Assembly: GCA_017526205.1 (NCBI GenBank)
Contig: JAFXRP010000201.1
Coordinates: 11,404-43,403, forward strand
DNA: 32,000 nucleotides
From: Bacteroidales bacterium
GTDB lineage: Bacteria > Bacteroidota > Bacteroidia > Bacteroidales > ML635J-15
Direction of reading: 5' to 3'
Part shown: positions 23,582 through 30,843 of the stretch, piece by piece
Layout: the number at the start of each line of letters is the position of its first letter
Numbering within the stretch: position 1 is the first letter of the stretch
Translations under genes and position numbers: made by a program
The notes under the pieces: model-generated
The model's database searches: none
What the model saw: the letters and a program-made list of their open reading frames with translations, nothing else
What the model was told of the DNA's origin: nothing

Positions 23582-23980
23582 GGTTTCTATGGTCTAAAGC
23601 CCGTTTCTGTAGAGACGCGCCATGGCACGTCTTTACAGTAGGTGCGCCCGTTTCAAGTTTCTCGTTTCAGGGTTCAATGTTCAAAAGGGTTCAACGTTCA
23701 AGGATTTGAAAATTTGCTTGCGCGAGCTAAAGGTTGAAGATTCGAAAATTTAAAAATTCAACGATTCAATGATTGTAGATTGTAGGGGCGCAATGTTTTG
23801 CGACTATAAATATAGAATCGCGCCATGGCACGATTGCAATGATTTGCCCCGATTGAGACGCAAAATTTTGCGTCTGTACAATCGAATATATTATTTGCGT
23901 TTCATAGGCAAACGCCTGTTCGCCTGCAAGCCTTTTTGCCCATTATCCAAATCAAAAATCGTAAATCGTAATTCGTCATT
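23582..23980. repeat. mosaic hairpin-word element, copy B (largest)
   Basis: Modules in order:
- GGTCTAAAGCCCGTTTC (23591-23607);
- AGACGCGCCATGGCACGTCT (23613-23632);
- a heptad-word run (23649-23720);
- GCGAGCTAAAGGTT (about 23722-23735);
- GGCGCAATGTTTTGCGAC (23787-23804);
- GAATCGCGCCATGGCACGATT (23815-23835);
- GCAATGATTTGCCCCGATT;
- the perfect palindrome AGACGCAAAATTTTGCGTCT (23856-23875) followed by GTACA;
- a shared tail (23881-23924);
- CCATTATCC (23940-23948);
- AAATCGT AAATCGT AATTCGT (23956-23976). Confidence 0.85.
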
Positions 23981-23994
23981 CTAAAATATTATTG

Positions 23995-24002
23995 TATTTT
24001 TG
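23995..24002 (+). promoter_or_regulatory. candidate -7 box (TATTTTTG) for the amn-like gene
   Basis: Matches TAnnTTTG and lies 14 nt upstream of the ATG at 24017, which implies a very short leader. Confidence 0.45.
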
Positions 24003-24016
24003 TAAAAAGTTTAATC

Positions 24017-24787
24017 ATGAAGACAAAAGAAGAAATTGTAAGCGATTGGCTGCCGAGATATACGGGAAAGACACTTGATAGTTTTGGGGAATATATCCTG
24101 TTGACTAACTTTCAGTTGTATGTAGATTTGTTTGCCGAATGGAACAGTGTTCCTGTTGATGGGCTTGACCGAAATATGCCGAGTGCTACTGTTGATGGGA
24201 TTACCATAATAAATTTTGGTATGGGAAGCCCCAATGCGGCTATAATCATGGATTTGCTGAGTGCTGTTTCGCCTAAGGCAGTGCTGTTTCTTGGCAAGTG
24301 CGGTGGTTTGAAGGCAAAAAATAAGCTTGGCGATTTGATTCTGCCGATTGCTGCAATCCGTAGCGAAGGTACATCAAACGACTATCTGCCACCCGAAGTT
24401 CCTGCATTGCCGGCGTTTATGCTTCAGCGTGCCGTGTCAACTTCCATCAGGGACAATGGTCACGACTATTGGACGGGCACTGTTTTTACAACAAACCGCA
24501 GGGTATGGGAATACGATGAGCGTTTCAAGAAATATCTTATCAAAACTCGTGCTATGGCAGTCGATATGGAGACGGCAACGATATTTATCGTAGGTTTTGC
24601 AAATGAAATTCCGTGCGGTGCCTTGTTGCTGGTCAGCGATCAACCTATGGTGTCGTCGGGAGTGAAGACCGAAGCAAGCGACAAGAAGGTTACCGAGCAG
24701 TTCGTTCATGACCATTTAAAAATAGGTATAGATTCATTGAGGATAATTAAACGAGGTGGTTCGTCTGTGAAACATTTGAAATTCTAG
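24017..24787 (+). CDS. amn: AMP nucleosidase-like enzyme (PNP/UDP phosphorylase family, catalytic-domain-only form)
   Basis: 256 aa with nucleoside-phosphorylase family-1 motifs: INFGMGSPNAAIIMDLL, VLFLGKCGGLK, LILPIAAIRSEGTS and AVDMETATIF. The size and N-terminus match the short AMP nucleosidase annotated in Bacteroides genomes, recalled from memory. Confidence 0.7.
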   Translation: MKTKEEIVSDWLPRYTGKTLDSFGEYILLTNFQLYVDLFAEWNSVPVDGLDRNMPSATVDGITIINFGMGSPNAAIIMDLLSAVSPKAVLFLGKCGGLKAKNKLGDLILPIAAIRSEGTSNDYLPPEVPALPAFMLQRAVSTSIRDNGHDYWTGTVFTTNRRVWEYDERFKKYLIKTRAMAVDMETATIFIVGFANEIPCGALLLVSDQPMVSSGVKTEASDKKVTEQFVHDHLKIGIDSLRIIKRGGSSVKHLKF

Positions 24788-24851
24788 TAGAGCCGTTGCG
24801 AGCAACGGCTCCATAAAGTGTCCCAAAACGGGGAAATATGGATATATTGCA

Positions 24852-25454
24852 ATGAGAAGATTTGTTTTTGCATTGTTGATGATTGCCGCTAGTGCAGGTT
24901 GCTTCGCGCAAAGCGACGGCGAGAAGTCGAAGATTGCGGAAATCCGCAAGATGTACAACAACGAGATGGAATGGATTAATATAATGCTTGGCGATGAAAC
25001 TATTCCGGATGACTATATTACGGCAAAAGTAAGGCACAACCTTGCGGGATCAGGTCAGGCAGATGAAACAATAGAGTTCTTTTTCAATGATGATTTTGAT
25101 GAGGATCTTGGCGAATATGTTTCGTCTTTGGATTTTGTGCGCAAGACGACCGTGTATACCATAGCGGAGGGCAAGTCGTATGAGGAGTTTTTGTATGACG
25201 ATGCTGGTTTTCCAGCCTTCTATTATGCAAGTTTCACGACCTATCTAAAAGATGGGGAACATTATGCGGAAAAGTATGTTGAGATTCGTGCATACTACGA
25301 CAAGGGCGTGCAGTTTCATGTCATTTGCAAGGTCGGAAACGACAAGTCGTCGCTGAAGGAAGTACCACTTACAGAAGAACTGGATGAATATCTTTTTAGG
25401 GGATTTTTGCAGTTCGGAAAATTGAAGGATGCGTTGGATGGGATGTTGAACTAA
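24852..25454 (+). CDS. hypothetical lipoprotein
   Basis: 200-aa ORF whose N-terminus MRRFVFALLMIAASAGCFAQ is a signal peptide with a lipobox Cys. It is rich in acidic residues. I recognise no family. Confidence 0.6.
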   Translation: MRRFVFALLMIAASAGCFAQSDGEKSKIAEIRKMYNNEMEWINIMLGDETIPDDYITAKVRHNLAGSGQADETIEFFFNDDFDEDLGEYVSSLDFVRKTTVYTIAEGKSYEEFLYDDAGFPAFYYASFTTYLKDGEHYAEKYVEIRAYYDKGVQFHVICKVGNDKSSLKEVPLTEELDEYLFRGFLQFGKLKDALDGMLN

Positions 25455-25457
25455 AAG

Positions 25458-26426
25458 TTACAATTCGATAGAATTAGCCAATTTTCTAAATGCATCCAAA
25501 CATTTTTTCTCATCGCCATACGATATTCCAGTTATCACAAAATATCTGTCCTTGTCAAATAGTACAAGCTGGTAGATGAATTCTGTTTTCAGGAACTTGC
25601 TTACACCTGTTGCATATATTTCGTAGCCTGAAAGTTTCCCGGTGCTGTACTTTTGGGGTTCTAGGTTGCTGTTTTCGTCCCAAGTGAGCGGATATAGCTT
25701 TATGCGGTGCAGACAGATGTCTTTCTTTTGTTCTTCGGAGAATTGCAATCCGCTGTGGCTTTCGTGGATTGTCAGCGAGGTCATGTCATCGGTTTTCGAT
25801 GGGACGTTGCCGTCGTCGGTGAAAGTGCGTGTGTCGCCCATTGGAGGACATTCGATAAGGCCGGTGCCTTCAAGGTTTACTTTGTATGTAAATGACTCGC
25901 TGATGGGTTTTGATTCCATTTTTGGGTCGAAAATTATACTAAGCAGCGAGTTGGTGATTTCGATGTTCAGGTTGTTTTGTATAGGCTTTGGCGTTGACCC
26001 CATGACAAGGTAGGTTTGTGAGCAGTTACCTATAATTAATATAGACACGGCAAGTTCCTTTTCGTTGATGTACTGGTCGCCATCTATCATCATGGCATCG
26101 AAACCGTTGATTTTGAAAAATGTTTCCTTCTTTACCACAATGCCAGCCTGAAACATCGATTTCTTGTCGAATGTGTAGAAATTACGGTTTACATCGCCAT
26201 CGAGTTCCTGCACCGAAATGTAACTTTGCGCTAGCGTGTGCTCGTATGTTGTAGCATTGCGACGGGTGAAACCTTGTGGCAGTTTTATTTTAAGTTTTGT
26301 GGTTTCAAAAGCGGTATATTCTTTAGAGTCGATGTTTGTTATTTCAATGGCTTTTGAGTTAATACCCTGACAAACAACGGCTAAGCTTGCAAGAATAAAT
26401 AATATGACAAGAATAATCCTGTTCAT
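25458..26426 (-). CDS. hypothetical secreted protein
   Basis: Long ORF. I prefer the ATG at 26426 (MNRIILVILFILASLAVVCQG signal peptide) over the TTG track start at 26447. I recognise no family. It is convergent with the preceding gene, with a 3-nt gap. Confidence 0.6.
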   Translation of the reverse strand: MNRIILVILFILASLAVVCQGINSKAIEITNIDSKEYTAFETTKLKIKLPQGFTRRNATTYEHTLAQSYISVQELDGDVNRNFYTFDKKSMFQAGIVVKKETFFKINGFDAMMIDGDQYINEKELAVSILIIGNCSQTYLVMGSTPKPIQNNLNIEITNSLLSIIFDPKMESKPISESFTYKVNLEGTGLIECPPMGDTRTFTDDGNVPSKTDDMTSLTIHESHSGLQFSEEQKKDICLHRIKLYPLTWDENSNLEPQKYSTGKLSGYEIYATGVSKFLKTEFIYQLVLFDKDRYFVITGISYGDEKKCLDAFRKLANSIEL

Positions 26427-26488
26427 TTGCGAAAAAAAATTTTTCAAATTTAATAATAATGTGTTATTTCGTAAAAAATTTTTGAACG

Positions 26489-27790
26489 ATGAATTTCAAA
26501 TTCGGCATATTATCGGCGGTAATTTCCATGCTAATGCTTTGTCATAATTTGTATGCGTTTGATTTTGAGCGTGATACTGTAGCATGCGTTGATCGAGTAT
26601 ATGGAAAGAACTTGAAAACCGTGCGTATGCATTTGCATGACTGGGAAGTTTCGTATCCAGTGATGGAACTATACGGAGAGGTTGGACTTGAATTTTCATT
26701 TGACCAGATTGAATCGCAACCGCAGAATTATTACTATACCGTCATGCATTGCACCTACGACTGGAAGCCGTCGAATTTGATGTTTGTCGATTATGCTGAT
26801 GGTTTTGACGAGAATGAAATTCGAAACTACGAGGAATCGCAGAGTACATACGTGCAATATACGCATTTTTCGCTAAACCTGCCAAACGAAGATTTGCAAC
26901 TGAAACTTTCTGGAAACTATTTGCTTATTGTATTTGTAAAAGAGCCTGAGGAAAGAATTGTGTGTACTAAACGTTTTATGGTTTACGAAAATCTTGTGAC
27001 GGTTGAGGGGCGAGTTAATTCCAATGTGTTTGGTGAGTTTAAAAAGGAGTACCAGAAGGTTGATTTCGAGATAATACCGAAGAAATATCCAATCTATAAT
27101 CCGCTCGAAGAACTGAAGGTTACGCTTGTGCAGAATTTCCAGTGCGATGAGTCATACACCGAAATGCAACCATCGTTTGTCGGCAACGATTCGTATATTT
27201 TCAATTGGGAGGACAAATATCTGTTTAATGCAGGAAACGAGTACAGGTATTTCAATTTCAATAATCTGGAGCTAAATTCGGAATATGTTGAGCATATTGA
27301 GTATCGCAAACCGTACTATTACATCGACCTTGTGCCAGGAAAATCGAAGTATTTCGAGCCTTATGCAAGCGACGAGGATATAAATGGAGGTTACATAATA
27401 AAGACCAACAGGCGCAACAACAATAATTTCCCGGAAATCCAGTCGGAGTATGCCATTGTGCGTTTCCGACTGAACAATCCTTCCATGCTTGGCGGTGCTA
27501 GTGTCTATCTGTATGGTGCGCTTACCAATTATGAGCTTTCGTCGCAATATAAGATGAAATATAACATGGAGGCACATTGCTACGAATTGCTTATGTTTCT
27601 CAAGCAAGGATACTATAACTATAGGTACGTTGTTGTTCCGGAGGGAGAAGGTGCTGGGATGGACAGGTTTTTCTTCGAAGGAAGCCACAAGCAGACCGAA
27701 AACGACTATTTGTTGTTTGTGTATCACCGCAATCCGAGTGAATCGTACGACAGGTTGATAAATTACACGAAATTCAATAGCAGAAATTAG
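26489..27790 (+). CDS. secreted protein, tentatively DUF5103 / T9SS plug-protein family
   Basis: 433 aa with a signal peptide. The N-terminal region (LKTVRMHLHDWEVSYPVMEL..LEFSFDQI....YYYTVMHCTYDWKPSNL..YVDGF) matches my recollection of the conserved DUF5103 pattern (..L.FD.L....Y.Y...HC..DW..S.L). SGNYLLIVF and YYNYRYV fit as well. This is not verified by a search. Confidence 0.5.
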   Translation: MNFKFGILSAVISMLMLCHNLYAFDFERDTVACVDRVYGKNLKTVRMHLHDWEVSYPVMELYGEVGLEFSFDQIESQPQNYYYTVMHCTYDWKPSNLMFVDYADGFDENEIRNYEESQSTYVQYTHFSLNLPNEDLQLKLSGNYLLIVFVKEPEERIVCTKRFMVYENLVTVEGRVNSNVFGEFKKEYQKVDFEIIPKKYPIYNPLEELKVTLVQNFQCDESYTEMQPSFVGNDSYIFNWEDKYLFNAGNEYRYFNFNNLELNSEYVEHIEYRKPYYYIDLVPGKSKYFEPYASDEDINGGYIIKTNRRNNNNFPEIQSEYAIVRFRLNNPSMLGGASVYLYGALTNYELSSQYKMKYNMEAHCYELLMFLKQGYYNYRYVVVPEGEGAGMDRFFFEGSHKQTENDYLLFVYHRNPSESYDRLINYTKFNSRN

Positions 27791-27980
27791 ATGGCTGACG
27801 CCTGTTTGATGGGCTAAAGCCCGTTTCAAGTAGAATCGCGCCATGGCACGATTCTATAAGATGATTCAAAAATTCGATGATTTGTATTGGCGCAATGCGT
27901 TGCGCCGATTGAGACGCAAAATTTTGCGTCTGTACAATAGAATATATTAATTGTGTTTCATAGGCAACGGTCTGTTTGTC
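27791..27980. repeat. mosaic hairpin-word element, copy C
   Basis: Modules in order:
- GGCTGACGCC;
- GGGCTAAAGCCCGTTTC (27811-27827);
- TAGAATCGCGCCATGGCACGATTCTA (27831-27856);
- GATTCAAAAATTCGATGATTTG words;
- GGCGCAATGCGTTGCGCC (27889-27906);
- the perfect palindrome AGACGCAAAATTTTGCGTCT (27912-27931) followed by GTACA;
- a tail (27937-27980) homologous to 23881-23924. Confidence 0.85.
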
Positions 27981-28008
27981 CCAAAATCCTTTCTTCTCAA
28001 AAAAAATC

Positions 28009-28039
28009 TTTGCCATAAAGAAAAATAGTTGTATTTTTG
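28009..28039 (+). promoter_or_regulatory. candidate promoter (TTTG-N19-TATTTTTG) for tRNA-Leu
   Basis: TTTG at 28009-28012 and TATTTTTG at 28032-28039. The tRNA 5' end is at 28050. Confidence 0.5.
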
Positions 28040-28049
28040 CATCGCAAAT

Positions 28050-28133
28050 GCCCAAGTGGCGGAATTGGTAGACGCGCTGGTTTCAGGGACCAGTGTTCGC
28101 AAGGACGTGCAGGTTCGAGCCCTGTCTCGGGCA
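28050..28133 (+). tRNA. tRNA-Leu (anticodon CAG), type II with long variable arm; CCA not encoded
   Basis: Folded by hand:
- Acceptor stem GCCCAAG/CTCGGGC, with one A-C mismatch at 5-68.
- 3-bp D stem GCG/CGC with the loop AATTGGTAGA.
- Anticodon stem CTGGT/ACCAG with loop TTCAGGG, giving anticodon CAG followed by a 3' G.
- Variable arm GTTC-GCAA-GGAC.
- T arm GCAGG-TTCGAGC-CCTGT.
- Discriminator base A. Confidence 0.93.
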
Positions 28134-28137
28134 CAGA

Positions 28138-28163
28138 AAGACGGATTTTCCGTCTTTTTTTTT
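28138..28163 (+). terminator. rho-independent terminator of tRNA-Leu
   Basis: An 8-bp stem AAGACGGA/TCCGTCTT with a TTT loop, followed by a T-run (28157-28163). Confidence 0.8.
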
Positions 28164-28263
28164 GTTTTGTGTATTTTGTTGAAAATCATGCGGATAATGA
28201 CTTTTTAAACATTTTGTGTTTGAACTTTTCCTTGAAAAAACTGCGTAACTGATTGGAAATACA

Positions 28264-28271
28264 TATTTTTG
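28264..28271 (+). promoter_or_regulatory. candidate -7 box (TATTTTTG) for the two-lipoprotein operon
   Basis: Matches TAnnTTTG and lies 19 nt upstream of the ATG at 28291. Confidence 0.4.
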
Positions 28272-28290
28272 CAGTTTAACTTTAAATGCT

Positions 28291-28749
28291 ATGCGAAAAA
28301 TTATCGCTATAATATTTACCCTTATGCTGGCTGTGGCGCTATTCGATTCGTGCGGCAGATACGAGAACGGACCAGCCTTTTCGTTAAGGTCGGCAAAGTC
28401 GAGGTTAATTGGCGAGTGGTATCTCACGGATTTGTTAGTCAACGACAAGCATGAGCAAGCGCTGTTTGATAAGGAGTCGTCGTCGGTTGTAATATTGAAT
28501 TATGACGGAACTTTTTCGTATTCGATGCCGGTGGTAAGATCGTTGAACGAAAGGTCGGGTTTGTGGTCGTTTGGCGAAGACAAGACAGAGCTGATTCTTA
28601 CTGAAGTGGATTCTATAAATGGGAATAGCGAGCGCAACTACAAGATAACACGTTTGTCGAGTTCGGAAATGTGGTTGGTTAACGGCAGCGAGGAATATTC
28701 GGGATACGATGACCTTATTGAACGCCATTTTGAAAAGAAACAAGATTAA
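28291..28749 (+). CDS. small lipoprotein, lipocalin-like
   Basis: 152 aa. MRKIIAIIFTLMLAVALFDSCG is a lipoprotein signal. The LIGEWYLTD motif near the N-terminus and the beta-rich remainder resemble the lipocalin-like domains common in Bacteroidetes. Confidence 0.6.
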   Translation: MRKIIAIIFTLMLAVALFDSCGRYENGPAFSLRSAKSRLIGEWYLTDLLVNDKHEQALFDKESSSVVILNYDGTFSYSMPVVRSLNERSGLWSFGEDKTELILTEVDSINGNSERNYKITRLSSSEMWLVNGSEEYSGYDDLIERHFEKKQD

Positions 28750-28761
28750 AATACAATAGCT

Positions 28762-29322
28762 ATGAAAAACCGTATTTGTTTAATTGTCGTTTTGACACTA
28801 GTATTTGGGTTGTTTTTTTCTTCCTGCAAGAAATATGAAGAGGATTATGGACTGATGCTCAAGTCTCCTAAAGGTCGTCTGGTAGGCACATGGAAGATTA
28901 CGCAGATTGATTCGGATACCATGTCGATAAAAATGTCTGATTATGCAATGTTTGGCGAGTTGCAGATGACTTTTAAGAAGGATGAGACAGGTTCTATAAA
29001 GTTCAAGGACAATGGTTTGGGCGAAATGCTTGGAAATATCGACTGGGATGAACTTATGGGCGAAATGCAGGATTCGACATATACCGATAGCATCGACTAT
29101 GGACCTGGAGACCTTGACTTCACTTCTCTTTTGAGTACCGAGACCGAGTTTAAATGGGCTTTCGATGATAAGAAGGAATATCTGAAATTCAGCATGTACG
29201 ACTCTACGTCAAGCGCATACGTCAATGTTGCCGACATGAAAATCCTTTCGCTCTGCAAGTCCGACTGCAAGTTCCGCTACGAAGAAGATTCTACTAGGGT
29301 GGATGTTTCGATGCAGAAATAA
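28762..29322 (+). CDS. small lipoprotein, lipocalin-like (distant paralog of 28291..28749)
   Basis: 186 aa. MKNRICLIVVLTLVFGLFFSSCKK is a lipoprotein signal. LVGTWKITQ sits at the position equivalent to LIGEWYLTD in the neighbour. The gap to the neighbour is 12 nt. Confidence 0.6.
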   Translation: MKNRICLIVVLTLVFGLFFSSCKKYEEDYGLMLKSPKGRLVGTWKITQIDSDTMSIKMSDYAMFGELQMTFKKDETGSIKFKDNGLGEMLGNIDWDELMGEMQDSTYTDSIDYGPGDLDFTSLLSTETEFKWAFDDKKEYLKFSMYDSTSSAYVNVADMKILSLCKSDCKFRYEEDSTRVDVSMQK

Positions 29323-29359
29323 ATTTTCACATTTGCATTAAGGATATTTTGAAAAATAC

Positions 29360-29398
29360 TGTGGCTTTCTATCTTCCAGTTGTAGATAGGAAGCCACA
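29360..29398 (+). terminator. 15-bp stem-loop downstream of the lipoprotein pair (terminator-like, weak U tract)
   Basis: TGTGGCTTTCTATCT (29360-29374) pairs with AGATAGGAAGCCACA (29384-29398) with one G-U pair and a 9-nt loop. It is followed by AATTGTTTATG. Confidence 0.45.
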
Positions 29399-29644
29399 AT
29401 TGTTTATGAGTTTGATAACTTCGTGAAAATATAATCGTATTAGTTGCGTATATTCCAACCTATCACAACTTTTGGTTAAAACCAGCCGCACTTTTCATCA
29501 TTTGTGGGGATTGTGTACCTATCGCGATAGGCATACTTTTGCAAAACCAAAGTTAATTTACATTTATTTACACAAACTCAAAAAACGATGAACAAACTAT
29601 CATTTCAATAAAAACTGAATTTTATAAGGCATACAAATCATCGT

Positions 29645-29684
29645 AAAAAATAGGCTGTATCGTGAGATGCAGCCTGTTTTTTTT
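29645..29684. terminator. bidirectional rho-independent terminator (serves the Sel1-repeat gene on the minus strand)
   Basis: The stem AGGCTG (29652-29657) / CAGCCT (29670-29675) is flanked by A6 upstream and T8 downstream. It lies within about 10 nt of the Sel1 gene stop at 29691. Confidence 0.65.
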
Positions 29685-29690
29685 CGTGGG

Positions 29691-30779
29691 TTACTTTAAT
29701 TCTTTCAGCATTTCTATTGCTTTTGGGTCTCCTTGTTCTGCTGCCTTTGTTAGCCATTTCACACATTCTGCAAGGTCTTTGTTGACACCATCGCCATACT
29801 TGTAGAACATTGCAATATTAAATTGTGCTTCGTGCATTCCCTGTTCCGCAGCTTTGATGTACCATTCGGCAGCTTTTTCATAATTCTGCTCAATGCCTTC
29901 ACCACACTCATAACATACACCTAGATAAAATTGAGCATTCATGTTGCCTTGTTCTGCAGCTTTGGTGAACCATTCTACCGCTTTCTCAAGGTCAATCTCT
30001 ACGCCTTCTCCCTTTCTATAGCACATTGCCAGTATTTGTTGAGACTTGGCAATTCCTTGCTCTGCCGCTTTGCTAAATAATTCGAACGCCTTTTGGTAAT
30101 CTTTGCTTATGCCATCGCCGTATTTATAACAACAAGCAAGATTGTGTTGCGCCTCCGAATCTCCTTGTTCAGCCGCTTTAGAAAACCATTCAAAAGCCTT
30201 CTTGCGATTTTTTCTGACACCTTCACCAAACATATAACTTAAACCAAGATTATTCTGGGCTACTGAATATCCTTGCTTTGCGGCTTTTGTGTACCATACC
30301 ACAGCTTTCGACGAATTTTTTTCAACACCGTATCCATTATCATAACAAAAGCCTACCTCATTTTGTACCACATAATCACCTTGTTCTGCGGCCTTAGTGA
30401 ACCATTCTACGGCTTTTGCATAATCCTGCTTTACGCCATCACCGTATTTATAACAATAACCAAGATTGCATTGTGCAACCAATGCCCCTTGTTCTGCGGA
30501 CTTTGTGTACCATTCAACAGCTTTCTCAAGATTTATCTCTACGCCTTTGCCTTTTTTATAACATACAGCAAGATTATTCTGCGCTCCTGCATATCCCTGT
30601 TCTGCAGCTTTGGTGTACCATTCTACTGTTTTAGTTAAATCTTTTTCCACGCCATCGCCTTTTTCGTAGCGGCGGGCCAGTGTGAATTGAGCCTTAACAT
30701 CTCCTTGTTCCGCCAATTCCCTTAGTTCTTCAAACGGTAATTTTGAATATTGAACTTCCTTCTGTTGTTTTTCTTCCAT
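29691..30779 (-). CDS. Sel1-repeat (SLR/TPR-like) protein, nine tandem 36-aa repeats, no signal peptide
   Basis: The unit A.EW(Y/F)TKAAEQG...AQ..L(A/G).CY..G.GV..(D/N)..K recurs nine times, with a partial tenth. I chose the start at the ATG at 30779 (MEEKQQKE..); the upstream ATG at 30821 is also possible. Confidence 0.85.
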   Translation of the reverse strand: MEEKQQKEVQYSKLPFEELRELAEQGDVKAQFTLARRYEKGDGVEKDLTKTVEWYTKAAEQGYAGAQNNLAVCYKKGKGVEINLEKAVEWYTKSAEQGALVAQCNLGYCYKYGDGVKQDYAKAVEWFTKAAEQGDYVVQNEVGFCYDNGYGVEKNSSKAVVWYTKAAKQGYSVAQNNLGLSYMFGEGVRKNRKKAFEWFSKAAEQGDSEAQHNLACCYKYGDGISKDYQKAFELFSKAAEQGIAKSQQILAMCYRKGEGVEIDLEKAVEWFTKAAEQGNMNAQFYLGVCYECGEGIEQNYEKAAEWYIKAAEQGMHEAQFNIAMFYKYGDGVNKDLAECVKWLTKAAEQGDPKAIEMLKELK

Positions 30780-30843
30780 AATTCTAAATTTTATATTCCA
30801 CGATATGCAATGAATGGGCATCTATTGACAGGTCAAAAATCCC

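Noticed and set aside
23582-23980. An invertible promoter (phase-variation switch) formed by the inverted repeats in the spacers
   Set aside because: The palindromes are short local hairpins, not a pair of inverted repeats flanking a promoter segment. No serine or tyrosine invertase is encoded nearby.
28050-29700. A genomic island or integrated element at tRNA-Leu
   Set aside because: There is no integrase, no excisionase and no direct repeat of the tRNA 3' end downstream. The following genes are small lipoproteins with ordinary signals. Evidence for an integration event is insufficient.
29691-30779. The tandem 108-nt DNA periodicity as a non-coding satellite
   Set aside because: It is fully explained by nine in-frame 36-aa Sel1 repeats within an intact ORF.
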